DNA of 64,000 nucleotides from an uncultured delta proteobacterium (GCA_963708295.1 CAVPSJ010000004.1:192001-256000); one strand, 5' to 3'. Shown: positions 31,643-41,857, counted from the first letter of the stretch. The notes: a model not told the origin generated them from the sequence alone. Made by a program: numbers and translations.

Positions 31643-33142
31643 CTAGTTCGGAGATAACTCTCCTTTCTCGAATCGATTCAGTACAGCATCTGCGGTCAAT
31701 TCCCCTGAAGCCACCACTCCGGCAATCCCTCCTCCCGGCGCTGTCCAATGTCCGGTGAGATAAAGATTTGGGATGGGAGTGGTGCGCGAAAGACGGTAAA
31801 TCCCGGATTGCCTCGGGATCTGTGCCCATCCATAGGCTGCGCCCCACCGATTTCGAGTCCATCGCTCGATCGTCTTCGGAGTCGTCTCTATTTTGACCTT
31901 GATCCGGTTCTCCAGATTGGGGATGAATGCCGATGCCTTGTGGATCAGATGCCGGGACAGTTCGTCCCTGATTTTCCGGCCCCAATCCGGACTGAAGTGA
32001 TAGGCGGCTTTACAGCTTAAACAAAGAGTGTTTTCTCCCTTGGGGGCATGGGATGGATTGACCTTTGATGGGGCAAGGAGGTAGAAGGGAGCCTTTTCTG
32101 GAATTCGATTCTCGTAGAGGCCCTGAAATTCTTTCTGGAGTTGATCCTCGAAAAACACCTCATTATTTGAAATGGAAAGCTCATCCAACTCCCCCTCGAT
32201 TCCCAGATAGAGGATAAAATAAGAAAGTGTAGGCCTCATCCCTTTTAATTTTGATCGAAAGCCGCTTGGAAGACGGTCCTCCCCGATGAGGTCTGAAAAG
32301 GTGTGATGGGCATCGACATTGGAAATGGCGATCTTCCCTGTGATCTCCCGGCCGTCCTTCAACCGGACCCCCGTGGCCCTCTTCTCTTGGATCATAATCT
32401 GCTGAACCTCGTGACCGGTCAAGATCTGTCCACCCATTTTCTTAAGGGCTTCTCCCATTTTCAGGGGAAGTTGTTCCACCTTTCCTTCCACACAGGAGAC
32501 CCCGTAATTAAAATAGGACATCTCAATTCCCGCCATCCCCACTGCAGAAACCTCTTCAGGCGGAAGCAGCGCGTAAGAACTTCGTATGGCAAGGAGGGTT
32601 TTCAAAAAAGGATTGGAAATAAATTCGTTCAGAAGCTCCCCATAAGTCTTATCCTTATATTGTGAGAGAGAAGGATATTGAGCTTGAACGGAGGAAGGAT
32701 TGAACCAATTGAGAGACGATGGAATGCTTGAAAATTCTTCAAAGATCTTTTTCAGGACGGCATAGATCTTTTCAATTCCCTTTCGCTCTCCTGGAAAGAG
32801 GGACGATAGATTTTCAAGATGGGTCTCCAGTTTTGAGGATTGAATCACCTTCCGATCCGGAAAAAGATATTCCCTCGCCGGTTCGAGTGGGATGAAATGG
32901 ATTTGGTCTAACAGGCTTAATTGTCTCAGAATTCTCCATATCCTCCCTCCTTCCTGGCATTCGCCCAAAGACTGAACGGAGAGATCGAAGGAAAATCCAT
33001 CTTTTTCAAAAGACGTGCAGCACCCGCCCACTTTCTGATTCTTCTCAATCATCAGCACCTTCAATCCTTTTTGGGCGAGAAGACAACCACAGGTGAGCCC
33101 TGCCATCCCTGCTCCGATGATGAGAACATCTGCATCTGGCAT
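31643..33142 (-). CDS. Phytoene desaturase family FAD oxidoreductase
   Basis: IIGAGMAGL, EKNQKVGG, TPKT, NLYLTGHWTAPGGG. Confidence 0.88.
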   Translation of the reverse strand: MPDADVLIIGAGMAGLTCGCLLAQKGLKVLMIEKNQKVGGCCTSFEKDGFSFDLSVQSLGECQEGGRIWRILRQLSLLDQIHFIPLEPAREYLFPDRKVIQSSKLETHLENLSSLFPGERKGIEKIYAVLKKIFEEFSSIPSSLNWFNPSSVQAQYPSLSQYKDKTYGELLNEFISNPFLKTLLAIRSSYALLPPEEVSAVGMAGIEMSYFNYGVSCVEGKVEQLPLKMGEALKKMGGQILTGHEVQQIMIQEKRATGVRLKDGREITGKIAISNVDAHHTFSDLIGEDRLPSGFRSKLKGMRPTLSYFILYLGIEGELDELSISNNEVFFEDQLQKEFQGLYENRIPEKAPFYLLAPSKVNPSHAPKGENTLCLSCKAAYHFSPDWGRKIRDELSRHLIHKASAFIPNLENRIKVKIETTPKTIERWTRNRWGAAYGWAQIPRQSGIYRLSRTTPIPNLYLTGHWTAPGGGIAGVVASGELTADAVLNRFEKGELSPN

Positions 33143-33255
33143 AATTTAAAAGTATAACACAGCGTTTCAGGCTTCGTCGAATCACCCCCTCTCTTGCAAA
33201 CCGTCTTGTAGCTGAAACAGGTTGATCGTTTTACAATTGACGTGCGAGATCTCAT

Positions 33256-34098
33256 ATGGCCAACCCTAGAAAGTTTGTCCCGGGAATTGTCCCTCCCGAA
33301 GTCCAATCCGACCCTGCCTGGTGGTTTGTCTTCCAGGAGAGCAAACTTCTCGTCTATCAGAAACCCGATTCCATCACTATCCCTTTTCTGATTAAGCCCG
33401 ACGAATTGAGTCTAATTTTCATCAGGCAGAATTATCTCGGTCATCTGGACAATGACCATTGCTATGCGGCCGAAGTGGCTGAAGGAACGATTCCGCCCGA
33501 GGGGATGACCTTTGAGGGGTTGCGCCAGGTGTACGGTCGTTTGGATGAAGACCTCTTCTGGATCGCGGCCCGTGCCGTTCAAATCATCGATTGGGACAGG
33601 ACCCACCGGTTTTGCGGCCGGTGTGGCGTCCCCTTAAAATCGAGAACCACTGAGCGGGCGAAAGAATGCCCTCAATGCGGTCTGCTTCACTTCCCCCGCC
33701 TGGCTCCGGCAATCATTGTTCTAGTCCAGAGAGGAAATCAATTGCTTCTGGCCCGTTCCCGTCACTTTATGCCGGGGATGTACAGCGTTCTCGCCGGATT
33801 TGTCGAGCCGGGTGAGTCACTGGAAGAGGCAGTGGTGAGAGAGGTAAAGGAAGAAGTAGGGATAGAGATCAAGGACATAAAATATTTCGGAAGCCAGCCC
33901 TGGCCCTTTCCCCATTCTCTCATGATTGGATTCACAGCGACTTACGCCGGCGGGGAAATTTCGCTCGACGACAAAGAGATCGAGGATGCGGGTTGGTACA
34001 TTGCTGAAAAGTTGCCGCGCCTCCCGGGAAAAATCAGCATCGCCCGAAAGCTGATCGACGGGTTCGTTGTGAAACAGGGAAGACTTCAAGAAGATTGA
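33256..34098 (+). CDS. nudC: NAD(H) pyrophosphatase
   Basis: Zn ribbon CGRC..CPQC, Nudix box, SQPWPFP. Confidence 0.95.
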   Translation: MANPRKFVPGIVPPEVQSDPAWWFVFQESKLLVYQKPDSITIPFLIKPDELSLIFIRQNYLGHLDNDHCYAAEVAEGTIPPEGMTFEGLRQVYGRLDEDLFWIAARAVQIIDWDRTHRFCGRCGVPLKSRTTERAKECPQCGLLHFPRLAPAIIVLVQRGNQLLLARSRHFMPGMYSVLAGFVEPGESLEEAVVREVKEEVGIEIKDIKYFGSQPWPFPHSLMIGFTATYAGGEISLDDKEIEDAGWYIAEKLPRLPGKISIARKLIDGFVVKQGRLQED

Positions 34099-34143
34099 TT
34101 TACAAATTTCTACTCGTCAGTCATCACGAACCTGACCAAGATG

Positions 34144-34245
34144 GTGCAACTTTTGTTGCACAGTCAACCTTCTTTACTAAAGGCTAATTTAATGATTTTA
34201 ATAGCTTTCCGGAAGACGGCTGAAATCATGTCAACTTCTGTTGCA
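34144..34245. promoter_or_regulatory. Two putative enhancer-binding-protein sites
   Basis: Perfect palindrome GTGCAAC-TTTT-GTTGCAC (34144-34161) and variant tgtcaac-ttct-gttgca (34229-34245). Confidence 0.55.
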
Positions 34246-34335
34246 TCCTGTTGATCCCTTCTTTTCTCCTGCAACCGTTCAGGAAATCCTGCAATTACAA
34301 AAAGTTAGTCGAAAAAAAATTTAAGTTCGCTCACT

Positions 34336-34353
34336 CCGGTATGCCCTTTGCTT
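34336..34353 (+). promoter_or_regulatory. Putative sigma54 (-24/-12) promoter
   Basis: ccGGtatgccctttGCtt, GG-N10-GC with TTGC. Confidence 0.6.
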
Positions 34354-34623
34354 AGTATTGCAGCCATGATCGAACTTACAGACAGCTCTCCCCCGCTAGG
34401 AGACTGTGCCGCAATGGAACGTCTGAGGGGAGAGGCAGCCGGGCTCCAAAGCTTTAGAATGCGGGTCCGACCACCCCTCCCCTTTTCCCAGAAGCCGTAT
34501 TTTCATATTACGACACAGTCTCTAGAGGGAGTGGGCGAGGCGAGGGAAAGATTCAAGTGCGAGAAAGAAAATCCGTGAACCTTTCTTGATGACGGATGGG
34601 ACCAAGGAGTACTGGAGCCTCTG

Positions 34624-34806
34624 ATGAAGTGTGATCGCTGTGGAAGCGCTATGATCCAGGAGAAATTTTATGGTCATCAGGAACATTTCTTCGGATGGAA
34701 GTGCATCTATTGCGGAGAGATCGTTGACCATTTAATCCTTGAAAATAGGCAATCCCCGAGCCGGATGGAGAAGCAAAGAGAAAAAGCAGAAGAACTGGAT
34801 ACGTGA
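34624..34806 (+). CDS. Small zinc-ribbon protein
   Basis: CDRC...CIYCGE; GGAG upstream. Confidence 0.7.
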   Translation: MKCDRCGSAMIQEKFYGHQEHFFGWKCIYCGEIVDHLILENRQSPSRMEKQREKAEELDT

Positions 34807-34919
34807 TCTTGCAATTCCGTGAATTCATCTCAACGCAGCAATCGTACCCAACTGCTCTCGACAATGCTTAGGATGGGACGAAACGCTAATCGATCAAAAG
34901 CGGGGGCTTCAGATCTGAA

Positions 34920-35105
34920 ATGAACGACAATTTTGATCCGAAAAGGTATGGTATGGTTTTTTGTCTGGAATGTAATGGGAACGGAAAATTACTCACCGAC
35001 TCCGACGATATTCAGATTTGTCCGAAATGCGGCGGTTTTGGGTTTGTCAAAAAAGAAAATGAGCCGGAAAAGAAAAAAGATAGCAGCACCCTCCTTAATA
35101 AATGA
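34920..35105 (+). CDS. Small DnaJ-type zinc-finger protein
   Basis: CLECNGNG and CPKCGGFG. Confidence 0.65.
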   Translation: MNDNFDPKRYGMVFCLECNGNGKLLTDSDDIQICPKCGGFGFVKKENEPEKKKDSSTLLNK

Positions 35106-35514
35106 TAAGGAAACAGGCTTAGATGGTCAGCTTCACAGAATGCGATGATGCTCCCGTAAACCTCCTTTCTCAGGACTTCTTCAAATTTACCTGAACATCC
35201 AAGAACTTATGTGTGCCCATTTATTGGGCAAAACGGTGGAGATAGCCTCCTCCAAGAGGAAGCGTATCCAATTCCACAGCTTTTCCACATTGCCCTGTGG
35301 ATTCACAAGAAAAACCCTTTCAGAACAATTTTTTTCAGACTGAACCTCATCTCACTGAATTCTCCACCCGGGGATGCCAGATCCGTGGCAATGATGACAT
35401 TAGGATCTAATTCGACAGAGAAACCTTTTACATTGAAAGCCTTTTATGGTATATATTGCTGGACAATGAAATAAGGAAGAGAGCACAATTCCTTGTCGAG
35501 ATAGGAATTTGAGA

Positions 35515-36048
35515 ATGGAAACTCCGGGATTTACCATTCTTGTGGTTGATGACGAAGAATTATTACGAAGGTTTATCATGACTTTTTTGTCCCAGCTGGG
35601 ATATTCCTGTGTCGCAGCGCTGGATGGAGTTGATGCTCTGGATAAGATGAAGGAAAATAAAATCAATGCTGTGATCACAGATATAAAGATGCCCAAGATG
35701 GATGGAATTCTTCTTACCAAGGAGATCTCAACACGATACCCAGGGGTTCCTGTCATGGTGATGACGGCATTCGATGAAGAGTATTCCGCGGGCACGGCGA
35801 TTTCTCTGGGGGCCCGAGAATTTATAAAGAAGCCATTCTCTCCTGAGGAGTTTGCCATCAGATTGAGTAAGATGATCGGCGACTCAGAAATCATAAAGGG
35901 AGCGAAAAGTGGAAAGGATGCAGACAAAGACACTCAGCGATACATGAATGAGTCAGAAACCCAGAAAAAGATAAGGGATGAGACGAAAACAGACGAGGAT
36001 ATCGAAAAACTTGTGGATGACCTACTGAAACCCTCGAAGAAAAGTTAG
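35515..36048 (+). CDS. Response regulator receiver with charged C-terminal tail
   Basis: VVDDE, TDIKMPKMDG, MTA, KKPF; no DNA-binding domain. Confidence 0.88.
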   Translation: METPGFTILVVDDEELLRRFIMTFLSQLGYSCVAALDGVDALDKMKENKINAVITDIKMPKMDGILLTKEISTRYPGVPVMVMTAFDEEYSAGTAISLGAREFIKKPFSPEEFAIRLSKMIGDSEIIKGAKSGKDADKDTQRYMNESETQKKIRDETKTDEDIEKLVDDLLKPSKKS

Positions 36049-36278
36049 AAACTCCGGCCATCAAAGCCTCAATAACAAAGTAATACTTCTCACCTAAGGG
36101 CTGTGCTTCTTTAGCACCCCAGTTAACCGTTGACCTATCGAACTCTGGAGGCAAGCCTCTTTTCACAATCCAAAACGCTGCCTATCTGTGATTGAAAAAA
36201 GGAAAAGGCAGGGTTAGAGATGGCTCTGCTTTTCTATTTATGCCCGTTTGAACAGCCGTTCAATTGCGAATTTCCATT

Positions 36279-37577
36279 TTACGTATGACTATTCCCTTCG
36301 CTAAACGGTTTGAACCATAAAGAAATATTGGACCCACCGTTGGAGGCGCTATTAAGGATAGCTGAACGTATCTCCATTTTCTTCGGCTGCCCCAGGACTA
36401 CGTTCAAATCGCATCGGGGGTCGAGATGCTCTGTTCCAATAGTGGGAGGAATCATTCCGTGATAAAGACTCAAGGCCATCCCACAGGCCCTGCTGCCTCC
36501 CGAACCGTCGAATTCCCCGAGCATCGATTTGAGGCTGCCGACCGAAATCTCTTTTGCCCTTTGTCCAAAAACTTTTTTGATTGCAAGGGCCTCTCCTTCA
36601 TCCAGATCAGGAGTGGAGTTAGCGGCTGCTGAGATGTAATCGACTGTCTGGAGTTCATTGGCTGCTAAAGTCATGCTCTTTGCAATCGAATCTCCCTCGA
36701 TGTCATATCGAAGAAGTCCGCCCGTGCTCCCCGAAAGCCCGGCGCCAGCCATCTCGGCGTAAATTCTTGCGCCTCTCTTCTCTGCATGCTCCAATGTCTC
36801 CAGGACAAGGATCCCGCTTCCTTCGCCAAGGACAATACCGTTCCGATTCTGATCAAAAGGCCTCATCCCCTCGACACCTTTTCCTCTTCCCGGGGATAGC
36901 GCCCCGAGCATCGAATAGACATGATAGAGGGGCTCACTCAACTCGTCGCCACCCCCTGCAAAGATGACGTCTGCCCTTCCCTCTTTCAACAAATGATAGG
37001 CAAAAGTCATGGCCATTTCTGTGGAGGATTCTTTGTGGGAGAAGGTGATATTGACTCCCTTAATTCCGTACTCGATGGCACAGTGGCTCGTGATGGCGTT
37101 GGGCACGGCTGTCTGGAATAGCAGGGGGGCAGCCCCAAGAGGCCCATCTTTTAAAAGGGAACGAAAGAACTGGTCCACGGTATCCGAACTCCCGAGACCT
37201 GTTCCGATAGAAATCCCTATTCGGCCGGAGTCCTCTTCCTTTAGGTCGAGGCCTGAATCATCTATCGCTAGCCGAACGGACGAAACAACGACTTTGCCAA
37301 TCCGATCCATCCTTCTAAGATTGGCGGGTTTGATAAAAGCTTTGAAATCAATCTCAGGGAGTTGGGCGCCTAATCGAGAACGGTAGGAACTCACATCAAA
37401 CCTCTGGATCGGCTTGATTCCGGAGACGCCCCGAAGACAGTTCTCCCAAAACGTTTCCTTCCCGACGCCGATAGACGAAACGATACCCAAGCCGGTAATG
37501 ACAACACGATGATCGTTCGGCGAGTCCGGAGTTCGGAGCTCGGGGTTCGGAGTTTTTTCAAAAGTCTTATTGTCCAC
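36279..37577 (-). CDS. Catalytically inactive ketosynthase (chain-length-factor-like)
   Basis: KS fold, but SHKESS at the Cys site, SAAANST and KSMLGE at the His sites; start approximate. Confidence 0.8.
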   Translation of the reverse strand: MDNKTFEKTPNPELRTPDSPNDHRVVITGLGIVSSIGVGKETFWENCLRGVSGIKPIQRFDVSSYRSRLGAQLPEIDFKAFIKPANLRRMDRIGKVVVSSVRLAIDDSGLDLKEEDSGRIGISIGTGLGSSDTVDQFFRSLLKDGPLGAAPLLFQTAVPNAITSHCAIEYGIKGVNITFSHKESSTEMAMTFAYHLLKEGRADVIFAGGGDELSEPLYHVYSMLGALSPGRGKGVEGMRPFDQNRNGIVLGEGSGILVLETLEHAEKRGARIYAEMAGAGLSGSTGGLLRYDIEGDSIAKSMTLAANELQTVDYISAAANSTPDLDEGEALAIKKVFGQRAKEISVGSLKSMLGEFDGSGGSRACGMALSLYHGMIPPTIGTEHLDPRCDLNVVLGQPKKMEIRSAILNSASNGGSNISLWFKPFSEGNSHT

Positions 37578-37632
37578 TTCTATCTTCCTATTATTAAAGG
37601 GCCCGTAATTGAATAGACATCTGATGAGTCCC

Positions 37633-37722
37633 ACCCCCGCCCTTTCCCTCCCCCTGAAGGGGAGGGAAATCGTTACGTTCCTCCCCCTTCAAGGGGAAGG
37701 TTAGGAAGGGGATGGGGATTTG
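37633..37722. repeat. Pair of C/G-rich REP-like hairpins
   Basis: ccctccccctgaaggggaggg and cctcccccttcaaggggaagg. Confidence 0.6.
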
Positions 37723-37783
37723 CCGGAGTACTATAGTCATATCTTCCCAATTACGTCCTTAGTAAATGGTCACTCCGAACTCA

Positions 37784-39004
37784 TTACTCCGAACTAAACT
37801 TCCCAAACACCAGGCACACATTGTTCCCGCCGAAGGCAAAAGAATTTGAGAGGGCAATTCGAACATCCTTTCTGATGGATTGATTGGGTGTATAATTCAG
37901 ATCGCAAAGGGGATCGGGAACTTCATAGTGAATCGTAGGGGGAATGATCCCCGTCTCCAGAGTCATCACGGTAGCTGCGGCCTCGATGCCCCCGGCAGAG
38001 CCGAGACAATGTCCCACCATCGATTTGATCCCGCTGATCGGGATGGCTTTCGCCCTTTCTGCGAAAACTCTTTTGACCCCCCGTGTCTCGGCAATGTCAT
38101 TGAAGGGCGTTGCCGTCCCGTGTGCGTTGATGGTATCGACCTCTTCCGAAGAAACTCCGGCATGGTTCAAAGCGATGCGGATCACCCTCTCCACGCCCTC
38201 TCCATTGGGCTCCGGCGCGGTGAGATGGTAGGCATCCGCACAGATTCCATATCCCAGAAATTCCGCATGAACCGGGACGCCCCTCTTGAGAGCGTGCTCC
38301 AGGTCCTCGATGATCAGGATGCCTGCTCCTTCACCGATGACCAAACCCTGTCTTCTCTTGTCGAAGGGTTTACAATTTTCAGGATCCATCAGCTTCAGAC
38401 TGCTGAATCCGCTATAAGAAACTTCACAAAGAGAATCACTTCCGCCCGTCACCATCACATCGGCCAGGCCCATTTGAATCATTTCGTAGGCGACACCGAT
38501 GGAGGCGGAACTCGAGGAACAGACGGTCGCGGTGGTGGTCCGGGGTCCCTTGAGTCCCGACTCAATGGCGATGTGGTCTGTTGTGGTAGCGAGGGAATAA
38601 GAAATCAGAAGCGAAGGAGAGGATTTCTTCGTCCCCTGATAATAGTCCCTGAAATATTTCTCTACAGAGAGAATGCCGCCGGAACCTGCTCCCAATACAA
38701 CCCCTATCCTTTCCTTGTCATGCGGATGCTGGTCAAGACGGGCGGATCTCCAGGCTTCTCTGAAGGCAATCAAGCCGAACTGGTCGCATCGGGAGAGGCG
38801 TCGAATCTCTTTTTTCGAAAAATGGGCCTCCGTGTCCAAATGGGAAACCTCTGCGGCGATCTTTGTCCGGTAGGCAGCGGGATCAAAGACCGTAATCTCC
38901 TTTGTCCCATCTTTTCCCTCAATCAGGGAGTTCCAGAACTCAGGGAGGCTGTTTCCCACTGCGCTGACGACGCCCAAGCCTGTGATCACAACCCTCTTCT
39001 TCAT
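37784..39004 (-). CDS. fabF: Beta-ketoacyl-ACP synthase II-like
   Basis: TVCSSS, NAHGTAT, KSMVGH, NSFAFGG. Confidence 0.88.
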   Translation of the reverse strand: MKKRVVITGLGVVSAVGNSLPEFWNSLIEGKDGTKEITVFDPAAYRTKIAAEVSHLDTEAHFSKKEIRRLSRCDQFGLIAFREAWRSARLDQHPHDKERIGVVLGAGSGGILSVEKYFRDYYQGTKKSSPSLLISYSLATTTDHIAIESGLKGPRTTTATVCSSSSASIGVAYEMIQMGLADVMVTGGSDSLCEVSYSGFSSLKLMDPENCKPFDKRRQGLVIGEGAGILIIEDLEHALKRGVPVHAEFLGYGICADAYHLTAPEPNGEGVERVIRIALNHAGVSSEEVDTINAHGTATPFNDIAETRGVKRVFAERAKAIPISGIKSMVGHCLGSAGGIEAAATVMTLETGIIPPTIHYEVPDPLCDLNYTPNQSIRKDVRIALSNSFAFGGNNVCLVFGKFSSE

Positions 39005-39130
39005 TGAACCTCAGTAACTCAACTACGTGTCCATGCACGCTGAGACGTTTCGGCGCACAAGCGGGTCCGTTCTTCGTCCCCGGAAACCATAAAATTGTAT
39101 TCCCAAGTTTTCTAGAAAATAGCTTTTTGA

Positions 39131-39205
39131 AATCCCTCCCCACCTCCCTTTACAAAAGGGAGGAGTAACTTCCCCCTTTGTAAAAGGGGGATTGAGGGGG
39201 ATTTT
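39131..39205. repeat. Inverted pair of REP-like hairpins
   Basis: aatccctccccacctccctttacaaaagggagga facing tccccctttgtaaaagggggattgagggggatt. Confidence 0.65.
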
Positions 39206-39292
39206 CATCCTTCGTGAATGCCCAAACTGCAATGAAAGATTGCTCAGAAGATAAACCTTTCCAAAAACTTTCTCTCCGCTTTGGACGGTCCA

Positions 39293-40147
39293 TCACTTCG
39301 CATTACTTTTGAACGCCATTACCGTTTTGCTGACACCCGGGAAAAGAAGTTTTCTTCCGCTCAGGCTGAAAAGTACTTCTGCGAAACCTCCGAAAAGAAG
39401 AGAGGAGGTTCGCTTTCCCAGATTGCCCGGCAGCGTGTACCCTCCAATCGAGTGTTGACACTTTTCGAAACCAATTCTCTCCAAACATTGCTGAATCACC
39501 CTTGGCGAGAAATCGGAGAGATGGGCAGGTAGATCGTAAAGGCGATTCTTGATCCCAAAAAACTGGAGAAGGTTCTTGATCGGCGTGGTATGAGGATACC
39601 TCAACAGGAGGAGTCCTCCAGGCTTTAAAATTCGACAGCATTCTCTGAGAAATGCCATCGGATGAGAAAGGTGTTCGATGACATAGAACGCTGTGACCGC
39701 ATCGAAATCGTTATCCGGAAGACCTGCTCTTTCCAGCGGACCTGGAAAGATGGTCAGCCCCAAAACACCTCTTGCATAGTCCATCGCTTTTTGAGAAATC
39801 TCTACTCCCGCGGCCTCCCATCCTTTCTTCTTCATCTCGACCGGGAAAAAACCAAAGCCTGTTCCCACATCCAGGAGCCTTCCGTTTCTTCTATACTGAT
39901 GAACCAGATCGGCTGCCCGACGGAAGACAGGCTTCATCATTTTCTTCCATGATTCAATCGATGATTCTCCTTCCGGGAGATACTGCTGATAGAAATGATG
40001 AAGAGATTCCGCCGTGGGACGAGGATTGAGAAAGATGAATTGACAGGAGGGGCACCGGACCATCTGGAAAGATCCTTCAAGGTGAAGAGGGTTTCCTTTT
40101 GACCCCTTACAACTGGGGCAGTCGACTTCCTCCATTTCAAAATCCAT
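39293..40147 (-). CDS. Class I SAM methyltransferase with N-terminal Zn ribbon
   Basis: CPSC..CPSC, LLDVGTGFG, VIEHL, LKPGG. Confidence 0.88.
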   Translation of the reverse strand: MDFEMEEVDCPSCKGSKGNPLHLEGSFQMVRCPSCQFIFLNPRPTAESLHHFYQQYLPEGESSIESWKKMMKPVFRRAADLVHQYRRNGRLLDVGTGFGFFPVEMKKKGWEAAGVEISQKAMDYARGVLGLTIFPGPLERAGLPDNDFDAVTAFYVIEHLSHPMAFLRECCRILKPGGLLLLRYPHTTPIKNLLQFFGIKNRLYDLPAHLSDFSPRVIQQCLERIGFEKCQHSIGGYTLPGNLGKRTSSLLFGGFAEVLFSLSGRKLLFPGVSKTVMAFKSNAK

Positions 40148-40180
40148 ATTCAACTCTTATACTGACCGCCAAAAGGAAGT

Positions 40181-40306
40181 TGTCATTGCGAGGAGCGAAG
40201 CGACGTGGCAATCCAATGAGATTGCTTCACGGAGTTTACCCCGAGCAAAATAATGAGATTCTTCGCTTCGCTCAGAATGACAAGAAGCGAAGGGTTCGCA
40301 ATGACA
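40181..40306. repeat. Nested GTCATT-type REP cluster
   Basis: Terminal inverted repeats tgtcattgcga/tcgcaatgaca; inner gattcttcgcttcgctcagaatgaca. Confidence 0.7.
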
Positions 40307-40335
40307 TCCCATGCGCACCAACTTACTTAGGCCGT

Positions 40336-41055
40336 TCACTTTGGTAATCCCACTCCACCTCCTTTTATTAAAGGAGGATTAGGAATTGGCCTCACCGATT
40401 CGATCCACATCTCCACGGTCCGTGTGTAAAGTCTCCAATGCTTCAATCTCGATTGTTCTAGGAAGTCCCGACATTCCTTGAAGGTATAGGAAGATTGAAT
40501 CGATTCTATAAACCCTTTCCTCGCTTTAGGATGCTTTCCAAAAAAGGCTTTCCAGAGAAGATTGAAAATCCCAATGAACACAAAAGAGGCATCCCGATGA
40601 AAATCAACTATAACAAACGCTCCCCCTTCCTTCAAGGATCGGGCGACCTCGTTGAAGAAGTCCACAGGACGTTCTAAATGGTGGAGAGTGGTAATGCAGA
40701 GAACAAGGTCGAGAGAATGATCCTCAACGGGAAGAGAGTAGGCCGAGCCTACCTCAAACTCGATTTTGTCGGCCAATCCCTCTTCCTTCGCGTTTCTCCT
40801 GGCAATTTCGACCATCACCGGAGAGAGGTCAATCCCTTTAAATCGAATTTCTGGAAGGGCCTTTGATAAAAAAATGGGGAAGGTTCCCGGACCCGTTCCC
40901 ACATCAATGGCCCTTCCCTTCTCGATCCCCTTGGCCAACACTCGTTTGAGAACCCTCTGGCAAGGGAACCTCCCATATCGTTTGGCCATGCGGTTGTAAT
41001 ATTCCGCCAGCTCCTGATCCTCAATAATTTCAGGCTCTCTAACTCGCTCTTTCAT
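40336..41055 (-). CDS. Class I SAM methyltransferase
   Basis: IDVGTGPG, GIDLSPVM, TLHH. Confidence 0.88.
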   Translation of the reverse strand: MKERVREPEIIEDQELAEYYNRMAKRYGRFPCQRVLKRVLAKGIEKGRAIDVGTGPGTFPIFLSKALPEIRFKGIDLSPVMVEIARRNAKEEGLADKIEFEVGSAYSLPVEDHSLDLVLCITTLHHLERPVDFFNEVARSLKEGGAFVIVDFHRDASFVFIGIFNLLWKAFFGKHPKARKGFIESIQSSYTFKECRDFLEQSRLKHWRLYTRTVEMWIESVRPIPNPPLIKGGGVGLPK

Positions 41056-41156
41056 ACGTATTCCGGGGAAAATAGGTCGGGGTAATTCACTCTCCTGCCT
41101 GAGGTACACGTATCTTGGCAGTCGTGGAGCTCGGAGAATTCAATCTTTCTCAGCAC

Positions 41157-41597
41157 TCACGACGTTGAATTCGGTCCTTTCGCTAAAACAAGCGTTCCCT
41201 CGGCCACTGTTTCTTCTCGGACTCTGGCCAGAACCTTCACCTTGGCCAGGTTAGAAAATATGCGTAAGACTTCTGCCTCGATGATCAGTTGATCCCCGGG
41301 AATCACTCTTTTTTTCACTCGAAATTCTTCGACGCTCGCCAGGGCCGGTATCCCTTTCTCTCCCTTTTCAAAGGACGACCCAAAGGCCAGTCCTCCGGTC
41401 TGCGCCATTGCTTCCAGAATCAAAACCCCCGGGAGGACGGGTTTCTTCGCAAAATGGCCTGAGAAATACGGCTCATCCATGCTGACATTCTTCAGGGCAA
41501 TCGCCTTTTTTCCTTTTTCGATGTCAAGGATTCGATCGATCATCCGAAAAGGAAAGACGTGGGGCAAGCTTCTTAAGATTTCGTCAAAATCCATCAT
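41157..41597 (-). CDS. fabZ: 3-hydroxyacyl-ACP dehydratase
   Basis: LPH.FPF..ID, EPYFSGHF..PVLPGVLILEAMAQ. Confidence 0.92.
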   Translation of the reverse strand: MMDFDEILRSLPHVFPFRMIDRILDIEKGKKAIALKNVSMDEPYFSGHFAKKPVLPGVLILEAMAQTGGLAFGSSFEKGEKGIPALASVEEFRVKKRVIPGDQLIIEAEVLRIFSNLAKVKVLARVREETVAEGTLVLAKGPNSTS

Positions 41598-41654
41598 TCC
41601 AATCCAACGGATCAGGAGTGAACGGGTACTACGGTGCCAATTCAGGGATAATCA

Positions 41655-41850
41655 ACCCCGCCGATAGGCGGCGCTTTTAAAGCCTAAATTCTTAAACCCG
41701 AAAACGGGATCCCGAATCAAGTTCGGGATGACAGAGAAACCGGAACCGAACCGCTATGTCATGAACCTTGGACTGATGAAGATCAGGCTTGTTTCAGCAT
41801 CTGGTTTGCCTTTTTTCTGCCTTCTGCAGACGCACCTTTCAACCCCGTCT
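41655..41850. mobile_element. Composite palindromic element, copy 2
   Basis: Colinear with 6051-6250: cctaaattct, gatcccgaa.caagttcgggatgaca, gaaccgaaccg, cttgtttcagcatctg, gcagacgcacctttca.ccccgtc. Confidence 0.65.
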
Positions 41851-41857
41851 CTGCCTA

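Noticed and set aside
31643-33142. Carotenoid biosynthesis
   Set aside because: No phytoene synthase, GGPP synthase or cyclase in the window
37880-39007. 375-aa plus-strand ORF (and similar ones at 47966, 49008, 51166, 20908)
   Set aside because: Antisense shadows of well-supported genes; no recognisable motifs
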